Of a stretch of 64,000 nucleotides of DNA, positions 1 through 10,033 are shown one piece after another. The DNA is from Balamuthia mandrillaris (Eukaryota). Every line of letters begins with the position of its first letter. The first letter of the stretch is position 1. The stretch lies in the NCBI GenBank assembly GCA_031835245.2, contig JAVKOQ020000022.1, positions 186,001-250,000 of the forward strand, written 5' to 3'. The notes beneath the pieces were generated by a model, which saw only the letters and a list, made by a program, of their open reading frames with translations, made no database searches and had not been told where the DNA came from. The position numbers and the translations under genes are program-made.

Positions 1-869
1 GGAGGTGAAGGAAGAGCGCGAGCAACGCCAGGGCCAAAACTCTCTGCTCTGCCCTTCACCACCCGTCTCAGTGAAGTTGAGGTTGGTTGTGGAGCCAAAG
101 AAACCTCAGAAGGAGGAGCTGAAGAAGAAGAAGAAGAAGAAGACACAGCAGCGGAAGAAGAGCTAGAAAGAGAGGAAGGAGGAAGAGGAGGAGGACAGAC
201 CCGGTCCGAGCGTGGAGGACGCGGAGGAGGCGCAGCCGCGTTTGTGGTGGCAGCAGCAGCAGGAGGAGGAGCAGCAGCCACGGAGGAAGCCAAGGAAGAA
301 AAGGAAGAAGAGGGGGAGGGAGGAGAAGAAGAAAGAGAGGAAGGAGAGGGAAGCGGCGCAAGAGGAATGGTATCCAAGGAAGGGGAACGAGGCAGTGGGC
401 GTGGTCGCTCGGGCAAAGAAGAAGACGGAGGAGGAAGCGCCGCGGCGGTGGAAGAGGAAGGAGGAGGGACAGCAGAAGTCGCGTTCCTCCTTCGAAAGGC
501 CATCGGGTTCGAGGAGGCGGCGGCGGCGACGGCAGCTGGAGGAGAAGGAGGGGACAGAGGCTGAGGCTGAGGTTGAGGTTGAGGGAGGGAAGCGGGGGAG
601 GAGTAGGAATAGGAAGCAGAGGCCAGGTCGAGGGAGGAGAAGGTGGCGCTGCGACCAGGCTGTCCACCTCCTCGTGGAAGAGGAGCCCCGATCGTGTTTC
701 TGTGGTTGTGGTTGTTGTGGCGACGAAGGGTCTGCGACGATTTGTTGAGGAGGTGGTCGTTCAGCTGCTCCACAAAGTCGCTTGGGCTGGCGTCCGGCTT
801 GGGGTCCCCCTCTCCGTCCACAGCAGCGGCATGGGAGGCGGTGGTGGAGGTGGAGGGCTCCACGCGCAT
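1..869 (-). CDS. 5' part of an unknown gene running off the left edge; Pro/Ser/Ala-rich disordered N-terminus
   Basis: ATG at 869 opens a minus frame (MRVEPSTSTTASHAAAVDGEGDPKPDASPSDFVEQLNDHLLNK...) with no stop before position 1, so it is absent from the ORF track. An AT-rich upstream region 900-1300 is shared divergently with the cpRAS gene. Confidence 0.65.
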   Translation of the reverse strand, partial: MRVEPSTSTTASHAAAVDGEGDPKPDASPSDFVEQLNDHLLNKSSQTLRRHNNHNHRNTIGAPLPRGGGQPGRSATFSSLDLASASYSYSSPASLPQPQPQPQPLSPPSPPAAVAAAASSNPMAFRRRNATSAVPPPSSSTAAALPPPSSSLPERPRPLPRSPSLDTIPLAPLPSPSSLSSSPPSPSSSFSSLASSVAAAPPPAAAATTNAAAPPPRPPRSDRVCPPPLPPSSLSSSSSAAVSSSSSSSSAPPSEVSLAPQPTSTSLRRVVKGRAESFGPGVARALPSP

Positions 870-1303
870 GGAGTGGGTTCGTTTCCATCCCCCTGAAAAG
901 AGACCTTTCCCCCCTAGGCTCATTCGTTCTTTCGGTCAGTCGTTCGTTTTTTTTTCTTTCTTTCTCGTCTGCAGACCCGCGCTTGCTCTTCTTCCTTTTT
1001 GCTCTTCCGTTCCTCGTTCTTTTCTTTTATTTTTATTTTTATTTTTATTTTTTAATGCTTTTTCCAACAATAATTCATTACTGTCGACACCATGGTGATC
1101 ATGAAAATGACGTCACGCCTAATCTACAATAATTCAGGAACGATCGAAAATAATGGGTGATCGGTTCATAATCTCACTCGTTTTTGATTTGTGGTTGGTT
1201 GCTATTTATAACTTGCCGATTCAGGTAAATAAATATTCCGAAATTTCCGATTTTTTTTTTGGGAATTTTTTTTGGTTTATTCATTATAGAAAACTGCAAC
1301 AAG

Positions 1304-2214
1304 ATGGAAAAGAAAGACAACGGCACTTCTGGTGCGGCGGCTGCGCAATGGGGAGAGTACTTTCAGGGCTCCGCCCTCCATGAGGACGCGGTGACCAAGT
1401 ACGCCGCCCTCTTTGCCGAGGAGGGCCTCTCCCTCGACGACGTCCAGGACTTTGACCACGACCTGCTGAAGAGCATCGGCGTCTCCCTGGCCAAGGACCG
1501 GCTGTCCCTCCTCAAGTGGATCGGCGAGAAGCAGGCGCAGCAGCAGCAGCAAAAGCAGGCACCACCGCAGAAGGCGGAAAAACCGAAAAAGAGAGCTGGT
1601 GGCAGTAAGAAAGGCAAGGAGAAGACGGAACCGAAGGAAGAAGCGAAGAAGGAAGAAAAAGAAAGCAAAACGAAGAAGAGCGGCAGGAAAGGCAGCAAAG
1701 TCGCCACGAGTGCAGCTGCGGAGAGTCCCAAAGAGAAGAAACGTTCTGCTTCTACCTCTTCCTCCTCCCCTTCGTCTCCTTCCTCCTCCAAAACCAAAGC
1801 CAAGAAGTCGGACAAAGGCAAGGAAAAGGCTTCCGCTTCCTCCTCCTCTTCGAGGGTTGATCCCCCAAAGCAACCAAGCCAACAGGAACAAGAAACGCTG
1901 TATGTTGGCAGCGAGCGGGTCTACGTGGGCGAGGAAGGGCTGGAAGCGGGCTTCAAGGAGGAGGATCTGGATGGCGGCATGGCCTGCCTCGCCAAGAAGG
2001 ACTGGAAGACCTCTGACGATGGGCAGACCTGCATGATCGACATTTTGGACACGGCGGGACAGGAGGAGTACTCCTGCCTTAGGGACGCTTATATGAGGAC
2101 TGGACAGGCCTTTATTGTTATTTACTCTGTTACCAGCCGAAGCAGGTTTGCTTTTCCTATTCTTCTTTTCGCGCATGCCTGTTCCTCTTCTCTTCTCTTC
2201 TGCCGTTTCATATC

Positions 2215-2257
<43 letters not shown>

Positions 2258-3746
2258 CTAACTGTTCCATAGTTTCGAGGAAGCACACTCTCTTCGCGAT
2301 TGGATTCTTCGTATCAAAGACTCTGATCACGTGCCCATCGTTTTGGTCGGCAACAAAGTCGATTTGGAGGATCAGCGAGAGGTCAGTCGCACCGAAGGAT
2401 TGGACTTGGCCAAGTCCTTTGGCATTCCCTTCTTCGAGTCATCTGCAAAGATGCGCATTAACATCGAAGAGGCAGTGCACGAGCTCATTCGCATTACTCC
2501 GAGAGAGAGCCCAGAATACAAAGTCGTTGTTTGCGGCGCCGGTGGTGTTGGTATGTCTTCTTCTTTGTCATATTCTCCTTTGTCTTGTTCTTGTTCTTGT
2601 TTTCTTCTTGTTCTTCTTCTTCTTCTTCTTCTTCTTCTTCTTCTTCTTCTTCTTCTTCTTCTTCTTCTGGTTGGTTATCATCTATACTAACAAACCTTGC
2701 GACTGCATTACCATTATAATAACAGGAAAATCTGCATTCACGGTTCAATTTGTTCAAGGCGTATTTGTGGAACAATATGGTATTCTCACTCACTCTCTTG
2801 TTCTCTCTTTCCTCTCTTGCCTCCTCTCTTGCTTATTTTTTAAAAAACCACAGACCCAACTATTGAAGACTCCTATAGGTACTTCTCTCGTTCTCTGAGC
2901 AAGCTCGTGCACAATTATAAACATTTTTATTAACACATTAAAATTCGCGAACACAGGAAGCAAATAGTGGTGAGCGGGTTGCCTGTGGCAGGTGGAGGCA
3001 TTGGAGCTCGTGCGAAGCCTCAGCCCAAGAAAAAGGGATTCTTTGGAATGATGAAAGGGCTGATGGGCTCCTCTTCGAATTTAGCATCTTCACCACCCTC
3101 CGCTTCTTCTGTGGAGGAACCTAAAAAACAAGAGGAGGAGGAAGAGAGCGGAGAAAAGATTCCAATGGCAGATCCAAACGTTCTTTTGTTGAGCTTAGGC
3201 ACTTTGGCGAATGTCAATGATATCATGACCGGCGAAGCATTCTTTTGCGAAAAATGTGGAGCAGCCTTCTCTCTCTACAGTCATCTAGAGCAACGCCAAC
3301 GAAAGGAAGGAGAGAATGTCGACGAGGACAAACAAGAAGATGAAGAGAATGAAGCAACTCAATGGCATTGTGAGTTTTGTGGAAAGTTGAACGAAGAAGT
3401 CGGACTGGAGGAGGAAGAGATGCCACGTGCACAGAGCGTAGACTACATGCTAGCGCCTCCTTCTTTGGACAAAGGAGAAGATGGCCTGGTCGTTATTTGT
3501 GTGGATATCTCTGGTTCCATGTGTGTCAGGTATATCCTTCCCATCTGCTTTTGTTCTTTTTTGTTTTGTTCTTATCTTACCATCTCTTGTTTTATTGAAG
3601 CACGGAGGTGCCTGCTTTACAAGGAGAATGGAAGAACATGCGCAACAAAGCTGCTTCGCGCGAGCGTCGTAACAGTCTCAAAGAAGGGATGCCTAAGAAC
3701 GATCTGTTTGACACTGGAGGAGCCAGCCAATATCTCCCTGGTACCT

Positions 3747-3796
<50 letters not shown>

Positions 3797-5399
3797 TCTC
3801 TCCTCTCTCTTCTCTGTTCTTTGCTTTTCTACTTCTTATTGATTTGCCAAACATAAATAAAGGTGAAAAACGAAATACCTCCTACATTTCAAGACTGGAA
3901 TGCATGCAAGAAGCAGTCAAGACTCACCTCCAACGCTTGCTGGTTCAAAGCAAAGATAAGAAGGTGGTTCTCATCACGTTTAACAACGACGTTACCATCA
4001 TCGGCGATGGTCGAAGCAAACAATTCCAGGTGGTGACGGGAGATAAGTTGAAAGATTGGGAGACGTTGTGGGGCATCGGCGCCGGCATCAATGTTGATAA
4101 GGACATTGCTGCTATTGCAGAGAGTTGCGAGCCTTTAACAAAGACTGTGGAGGCATTGCAAGAAACTGGAGCCACTGCTTTGGGTATTATTTATTTTTTA
4201 TTATTATTGTTTTGCTTTTGTTAGTTTCTCACTCTATGTCAAACCAAAGGACCAGCGCTGTTGATAGCCGTGGGATTGGCCAGCCAGAAGCCTCGCTCGG
4301 AAGTGATCATATGCACAGACGGTTTAAGCAACGTTGGTGTAGGCTCCTTAGAAGGTTTTATTTGTTTCTCTTTCTCTCTGGCATAGTCTTTCTGTAGTTC
4401 ATCTAAACACAAAAACAAAAACCAAAACAAAACAAACAGAAACGGAGAATATGAGCAGGAGCAAAGACGAAGATGACGATGACGAAGAACAGGGTGGATT
4501 CTATTCTAGAGTTGGTCGCATTGCTAGAAAGCATGAGACCACCATTAATGTGATCAGCATTGAAGGAAGCGACTGTGCAATGGATAGATTGGGCGAAAGT
4601 GCTTCTATCACTGCTGGCACTGTTAACATTGTGGTACGATTCTAAAACAGAAATGAAGGAGAGGAAAAAAAAAAGAGAGGAAGAACATAAGCGTCATTCT
4701 AAGCTTTTGTCTTTAAACAAAAACCAACAGAATCCATTGGAACTCGTTCGACAGCTTCGGTCCATCTCTCAGAATCCAGTCATCGCAACGAACGTGAGCG
4801 TGAAGCTTCTTCTTGGCAAACAATTACTATGGAAGGAGGAGAACGTTCTACAAAAAGAAAAGAACAACAGTTCCACCACTGCCAAGAAGAAAAAGAAACA
4901 AAGAGAGAATGGCAACGAAGGGGCAGCTGTGAAGATAGGCATTGCCGGTGTGGATGAGGATGATAAAGAAGGCGACTCTAAGAAAAAGAAGAAAGATAAG
5001 AAGAAAGTCGCTTCTTCGGAGAGCAAAAAAGATGCAACCTACTTCTTGTCCTGCGATGTCGGAAACGTCACCAGCGAAACCGATCTCACCTTTGACTTCG
5101 CTTGCAAAGACGAATACAAAACCTCTTCAAGGAAGAAAGACAAGACGTCTTCCAAGAAGGTATCAGATGAAGGAGAGGAGGAAGCGATTCCTTTCCAAGC
5201 CCAAATACGATTTACGACTTTGGATGGAATGCAATGCCTGAGAATCGTAACGTCAAAGTTTGCCTCCACTGCCGATAGGGAAGTCACCGAAGAAGGGCTT
5301 GATGTTGCTGTGGTAGCTCTTCATGCCTTGCATCGCGCGGCAGAGATTGCTCAGGCTGGACATTATTTGGATGCCAGGAAGCTGTTATTTGGGGTTTGA

Positions 5400-5456
<57 letters not shown>

Positions 5457-5941
5457 CTCTTTCTCTCTTTCTTGCGTTAACTTTCTTCAACTAAAGGTAC
5501 AACGACTGCTGAAACGAGGAGCAAAGAGCGATATTCAAATGGAGGAATATGCCAACTACATCTCTACTTCCGATGAACTGGATAGAGAGCTCCGTGAATG
5601 CATTTTACGCCTCAAGAGCTACACTAAAGGTGGCTTCTTCTTCTCCTGCTTTCTTGTTTTAATCCTTCTTGCCATTTCTTTTTCTCTCTTCCTCTCTCAC
5701 CCCCTCCTCCTCCTTCTCTTCTCTCCAGTCCTTATTGTCCATTACTCTCTGCTTTCATATTACTAAATCGAAAAACATAAAAGGAGGAGCAATGGGCGAT
5801 ACAACCGCTAGAACGTTAATAAAGATGAAAGGCGCTCACAAGAACATGTTGCTGAGCGGCAGAAGAAAAACGGACGTTGTTGGCAAACGTCAAAACACCG
5901 ATTCCACACTCGCCGAGATGTATTATAGCTTCAAGTTCTAA
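1304..5941 (+). CDS. cpras1: Circularly permuted Ras (cpRAS) - Sec23/24-like Zn finger - VWA protein with N-terminal SAM-like domain; multi-exon
   Basis: Spliced translation gives G3 ([10 protein letters not shown]), G4 (VGNKVD), G5 (ESSAK), then G1 (GAGGVG|KS) and G2 ([12 protein letters not shown]); CEKC...CEFC Zn finger; [17 protein letters not shown] introns e.g. 2146-2272, 2551-2725, 2780-2853, 2879-2956. Confidence 0.92.
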
Positions 5942-5985
5942 TGTAAAAGGAACATTGTTTTTTTTTTCTACGGTCATAACTTTCC

Positions 5986-7503
5986 TTACGAACGTTGATA
6001 GTAAACAGCAACATAATGATTTCCTTGTGCTCTCTTCGTGCTCCTTCTTTGCTGGTTATTTACTAACAATCCGTTTGGCTCGCTCTTGCTGTTCTGCCCT
6101 TCTTCTTCTTCGTTCTCAGGAAATCCAGGAAAACCGGTTGCTGCCCAATCCATCTTTCCATCGCCATCAAAGTCATGCGCCACCAACGCCGAGGCTCCAT
6201 ACCTCTGGTCCAAAGAAACCGGATAAAAGGTCCACTCCAACTCCAACTTCTTGTTGTTCTTCTTCTTGTGGCACTCATACATCCAAACGCCGATTACAGG
6301 CCCTCTCAGGCCTACCAAGAAGTCATCGCAGCCATCCCCGTTAAAGTCAGCAGCCACAACGTCATGCGCCTGTGGACCCAACACGCCCAATTCGATCCTC
6401 TGCAACGGGGGTTGGAAGATGGAAGAGGAAGAGGAAGAGGGAAGCAGAATGGCGACGGTGGCAGGGGAGAGCACGTTGACGCCCTCCCATGGAGAGATCT
6501 GAGCCATGAAAGCCGGGCGACCGTCCACAAAGCCCAAGCTGGTTCCCTGAGAGCCGTGAAAGGGACTCCATGCCACCGGCGCTTTGCCCGGATTGAGGTT
6601 CGTCAAACGCGCTTTCGGAGCGAACGCAGCAGAAGAAGAAGAGGAAGCATCGTTGAGCACATCAAGCCGAGTGATTCCTTCAAGACTGTTGATGATGAGG
6701 AAGTCCTGCTGCGCTGCTGCTGCCTCTTTGCTTGAAGCAGACAAGAGAGAGGAAGAATAGGAGCGAACGGTGTGACAGATGTGAAGGGAGGAGTTGAGGA
6801 GGGTGGAGTTGGTGTTCCAGGCGGAGGTGCGCGTGGCGGCATCCTCCGGACGCGCAAAGTACCGAATGCTGCACCCCGACTGGTTAAAGTACTGCGGTCC
6901 CACGCCATAGTCAAAGATGGGGATGACGATGACGTCCTTGTCGCTGCCTCCCTTCAGGAATCGGCCCACTCGGATCCTGTGTATGCCTGCCACGTAGTTC
7001 GTGGCATCTGCAATCGGTCTGTACTCCCATCTCTCGTCTTCTTCTTCTGCCCCTTCAAGCACGGAAGTATCGTTGGAGGTGCTGTTGGAGGAGGGATGAA
7101 CCAGCCAACCGGCTTGACCTTCGTTGGGGCTGACGGGAGGGACGTGGAGGTCCCACGCCACGACAAAGTCCAAGAGGCCGTCCTCGTTCATGTCCGCAAA
7201 GTCCAGGTCCACAATGCCGGGGTACTTGCCCACGTTGTGCTGCCGCCAGGAGGGGTTCTCGAACCAGGCCAGCAGGCCGGTCTGCCAGGCGAAGGCCACG
7301 AGGTCCATGCGGCCGTCCTGGTTGACGTCGGCTTTGCGGAGGCCGTAGTCGCCGTAGAAGGAGTCCGTGAGGACCACACGGTCAAAGAAGACAGAGGCGT
7401 TGCCCGGTTTGGCGGCTTGAGCCTGCACCACCGTGGCCGAGTGCGAGAGCAAGAGAAGCACCGAGCAGCATAGGAAGAAGAGAGCAACGCTGCAGCGGGG
7501 CAT
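5986..7503 (-). CDS. Secreted FG-GAP/VCBS beta-propeller, aldos-2-ulose dehydratase (AUDH) propeller-like; intronless
   Basis: 505-aa ORF with signal peptide and repeated DxNxDG motifs (ADVNQDGRMD, ADMNEDGLLD, ADFNGDGCDD, HDFDGDGKMD); GIHRIRVGRF and AHDVVAADFNGDG recall the AUDH propeller. Confidence 0.8.
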   Translation of the reverse strand: MPRCSVALFFLCCSVLLLLSHSATVVQAQAAKPGNASVFFDRVVLTDSFYGDYGLRKADVNQDGRMDLVAFAWQTGLLAWFENPSWRQHNVGKYPGIVDLDFADMNEDGLLDFVVAWDLHVPPVSPNEGQAGWLVHPSSNSTSNDTSVLEGAEEEDERWEYRPIADATNYVAGIHRIRVGRFLKGGSDKDVIVIPIFDYGVGPQYFNQSGCSIRYFARPEDAATRTSAWNTNSTLLNSSLHICHTVRSYSSSLLSASSKEAAAAQQDFLIINSLEGITRLDVLNDASSSSSAAFAPKARLTNLNPGKAPVAWSPFHGSQGTSLGFVDGRPAFMAQISPWEGVNVLSPATVAILLPSSSSSSIFQPPLQRIELGVLGPQAHDVVAADFNGDGCDDFLVGLRGPVIGVWMYECHKKKNNKKLELEWTFYPVSLDQRYGASALVAHDFDGDGKMDWAATGFPGFPENEEEEGQNSKSEPNGLLVNNQQRRSTKRAQGNHYVAVYYQRS

Positions 7504-7716
7504 TCTTGTTTTTTTTTTTCAGTTTTGGAATTTATAATTTATAATTTTTTAAGATTAATTTATAGATTGTTAAATCCACGTGGTTCAAATTATCTTAATT
7601 GCGTAAATCATGACGTCATATATGATTACACGATCTCAAACCATCCAATGGGTGATTTTTCGGGAAAATTGTAATTCCCCGACGGCACAAAAAGAAAAAG
7701 AAAGAGGAAAAGAAAA

Positions 7717-8736
7717 ATGAGGGTGGAGGGGACGTTGTTCCAGTATCTGCCGGAGAGGAGGTTGGTGGCCTTTCAGAGCGGTGCTGCCGCCACCAACAAG
7801 AAGTACGTGGTGTTCCTCGGTGGGTTGACGGACTCGTTCTTGTGCCTGCCCTACCTCGTGCCGCTCTCCGAGAGCCTCCAAGCGTTGGGCTGGTGCTTGG
7901 TCCAAGCTCAACTCAGCAGCTCAGGGCTAGGTTATGGCATCCAAAGCCTTCAAACGTGCTGTTTGCTCTCTCTTGTCTCTCTCTCTCTCTACGTATTTCA
8001 ACAACTCACTTCTCTCTCCCCCTCTCTTTGCAGTGATGCTGAAGAATTGGATGCGTTGCTACGTTTTTTGCTCTCTCGTCATTCTCAAAGCGGAGGAGCA
8101 AAGGCAGAAGAGGAAGAGGCACCACCCACGATAGTGCTGTTAGGTCACAGCACTGGCTGCCAGGACTGCATCTACTTTCTCCAACAGCACCAGCACTCCT
8201 CTCGCGAGCTGGTGAGAGGCGTCATTCTTCAAGCTCCAGTCAGCGACCGGGAGTACATGCAAACCCTTCCCTCTACCAGCGAGAACAAGGCATTAGCGGA
8301 GCGCATGTTGAGAGAGGGCAAGGGGGAAGAGCTGATGCCGCGAGGGACGGACCCTACAGGTGCTCCCATTTGTGCTCGCCGCTATCACTCTTTGGTGGGG
8401 CGCATGACCTGTGACGACATGTTCTCCTCTGACTTTACGGAAGAAGAACGTCGTTTGAAACTGGCCATTCCTTCTCTCGATGAAGGAGACGATGAGCAAG
8501 AAGACGAAAAGAAGGAGAAGAAGTGGCCCCCAAAGTTTCTGGTGGTTTGTTCCATGAAGGATGAGTACGTGCCTGAGAGTGTGGATAAACGCAAGTTGGT
8601 GGACGAGATGTGTCGAGCTTTGCCCCAAGGCAGCGAGGGCTTCTACATCGAAGACGCAGACCACGCTCTCTCCTCTCTCGACGCTCAACAACAGTTCCTC
8701 TCTCGAGTGACTTGCTTCTTGCAAAACATTGTTTGA
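7717..8736 (+). CDS. DUF1749/UPF0613 alpha/beta hydrolase (SidJ-like esterase family)
   Basis: VFLGGLTD, nucleophile elbow LLGHSTGCQD, ILQAPVSDRE, DDMFSSD, DEYVP, ADH; one in-frame intron 7956-8033. Confidence 0.88.
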   Translation: MRVEGTLFQYLPERRLVAFQSGAAATNKKYVVFLGGLTDSFLCLPYLVPLSESLQALGWCLVQAQLSSSGLGYGIQSLQTCCLLSLVSLSLYVFQQLTSLSPSLCSDAEELDALLRFLLSRHSQSGGAKAEEEEAPPTIVLLGHSTGCQDCIYFLQQHQHSSRELVRGVILQAPVSDREYMQTLPSTSENKALAERMLREGKGEELMPRGTDPTGAPICARRYHSLVGRMTCDDMFSSDFTEEERRLKLAIPSLDEGDDEQEDEKKEKKWPPKFLVVCSMKDEYVPESVDKRKLVDEMCRALPQGSEGFYIEDADHALSSLDAQQQFLSRVTCFLQNIV

Positions 8737-8770
8737 GACAATCGGCACATGAAAAAGAACAAGCTTTTCT

Positions 8771-9805
8771 TCAACATGTTTGGAGACGACCAATTCGATA
8801 GTGCTGGAGAATACGACGGGCCCGTGGGGAGTGAAAGCTGTTGTTGATAAAGAGGTTGGAAGCGTCCTTGCCAGCACCAAGAAGCAGCTTTTCGCCAGTG
8901 CCTGGATGGAGAGAGAAAAACTTGGTCACATCGTAAACGGAACCATCGATGACCATCCACAAATCCTTTTCGTGGTTATGGCGAGCAACTTCCTCCATGC
9001 TCCATTCTGGTTCTTTTTCTTCCTCTTCTTTTGCTTCTTTTTCCGTTTCTTCTATTCGCTGTGCTTGTGCGTCTTGTTCCATCACCGCTTTTGGTTCGTC
9101 TTCCCAAACGAACTTCATCGGTTCAGCAAAAACAGACCAAGCAGCCATCCATGCTTCCACTTCTGCATTCTCCTTCTTCTCTTTCTTCTCCTTTTCGTCT
9201 CCTTCTCCTTGCGCCTCTTCCAACACCTGGGTCAAGGCATAGCGCAGCGAACCGCCAATGCGATCATAGTCCTCCGGCAGAATGCCTCTGCCTCTGTGCC
9301 TCTCTGCCAGCGCCCTCAGGCTTACCTGAAGGTCCACATCGGGGTCGGCCAAGACCGCCACCATCTTCTCCATGCTTTGGTGCAGGTTGAAGCGCCAAAA
9401 GATCTCTCGCATTTGAGGGTGGGTGGAGAAGAGGTGGCGGTAAAAAGTGAGGGTCAGCAAGGGGCTTTCTTCGTTGCTGTTGTTGGAGGCAGCAGCTCTC
9501 TCCCAAAGAGCGGCTTGTTCTTCTTTGCTGGCCGCTCCTTCTGTGCTTGTTCTGGTGTTTGTTAACAAAGCGAGAGAGCGAGCATAAGCATTAGAGAATA
9601 AGAGAACGAAAAATGACAACAAAGAGGAGCAATACGTGATCACGTCGTGGTGGTCATAACGCGAGGCAACCGGCATGCCAACGTCCTGCTTGAGGGACTG
9701 CAAGCCCCCAAACCCTTTCTTGCTGACCAATGGTTCCAGTCTCTTCCATGAGGTCCTCACCAGCCACCGTTGCCTAGCGCTCAAAGCGGCACTGTCTCGG
9801 TTCAT
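8771..9805 (-). CDS. Globin - cytochrome b5 fusion protein
   Basis: Globin: LVRTSW (helix A), FYRHLFSTHPQMREIF (B10 Tyr, CD1 Phe), LAERHRGRGI (proximal His), EAWMAAW (helix H). Cytochrome b5: WSMEEVARHN, WMVIDGSVYDVTKF, HPG, FHS, YRIG. Probable in-frame intron 9552-9635. Confidence 0.88.
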   Translation of the reverse strand: MNRDSAALSARQRWLVRTSWKRLEPLVSKKGFGGLQSLKQDVGMPVASRYDHHDVITYCSSLLSFFVLLFSNAYARSLALLTNTRTSTEGAASKEEQAALWERAAASNNSNEESPLLTLTFYRHLFSTHPQMREIFWRFNLHQSMEKMVAVLADPDVDLQVSLRALAERHRGRGILPEDYDRIGGSLRYALTQVLEEAQGEGDEKEKKEKKENAEVEAWMAAWSVFAEPMKFVWEDEPKAVMEQDAQAQRIEETEKEAKEEEEKEPEWSMEEVARHNHEKDLWMVIDGSVYDVTKFFSLHPGTGEKLLLGAGKDASNLFINNSFHSPRARRILQHYRIGRLQTC

Positions 9806-10033
9806 TGTTCTTTCTTCCTCGTTCGTTGCGGTTGAGAAAATTAACAAAGAAGAACGAAAAAGACAAGCGTTACCTGAAGCTCAGGCTGGTCTCACGGAAT
9901 GATGTTTATCAGAAGCAATATAGGTGTCGACAGGTATATCGAAGCACCGGTTGGTATCCATCAAAGGAAATGAAAAATGTCCGTTCGCCAAGCAAGAGAG
10001 CGAAACTGGTCAAGAATAAGAAAAGGAGAGAAA

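Noticed and set aside
68..1132. Several overlapping ORF-track entries (e.g. 212..748 +, 163..888 -)
   Set aside because: Shadow frames of low-complexity sequence; the more plausible CDS is the stop-free minus frame from 869 to the window edge.
1259..2975. Two tandem truncated Ras genes or a misassembly
   Set aside because: The exons join in one frame with one copy of each G motif, matching the known cpRAS arrangement.
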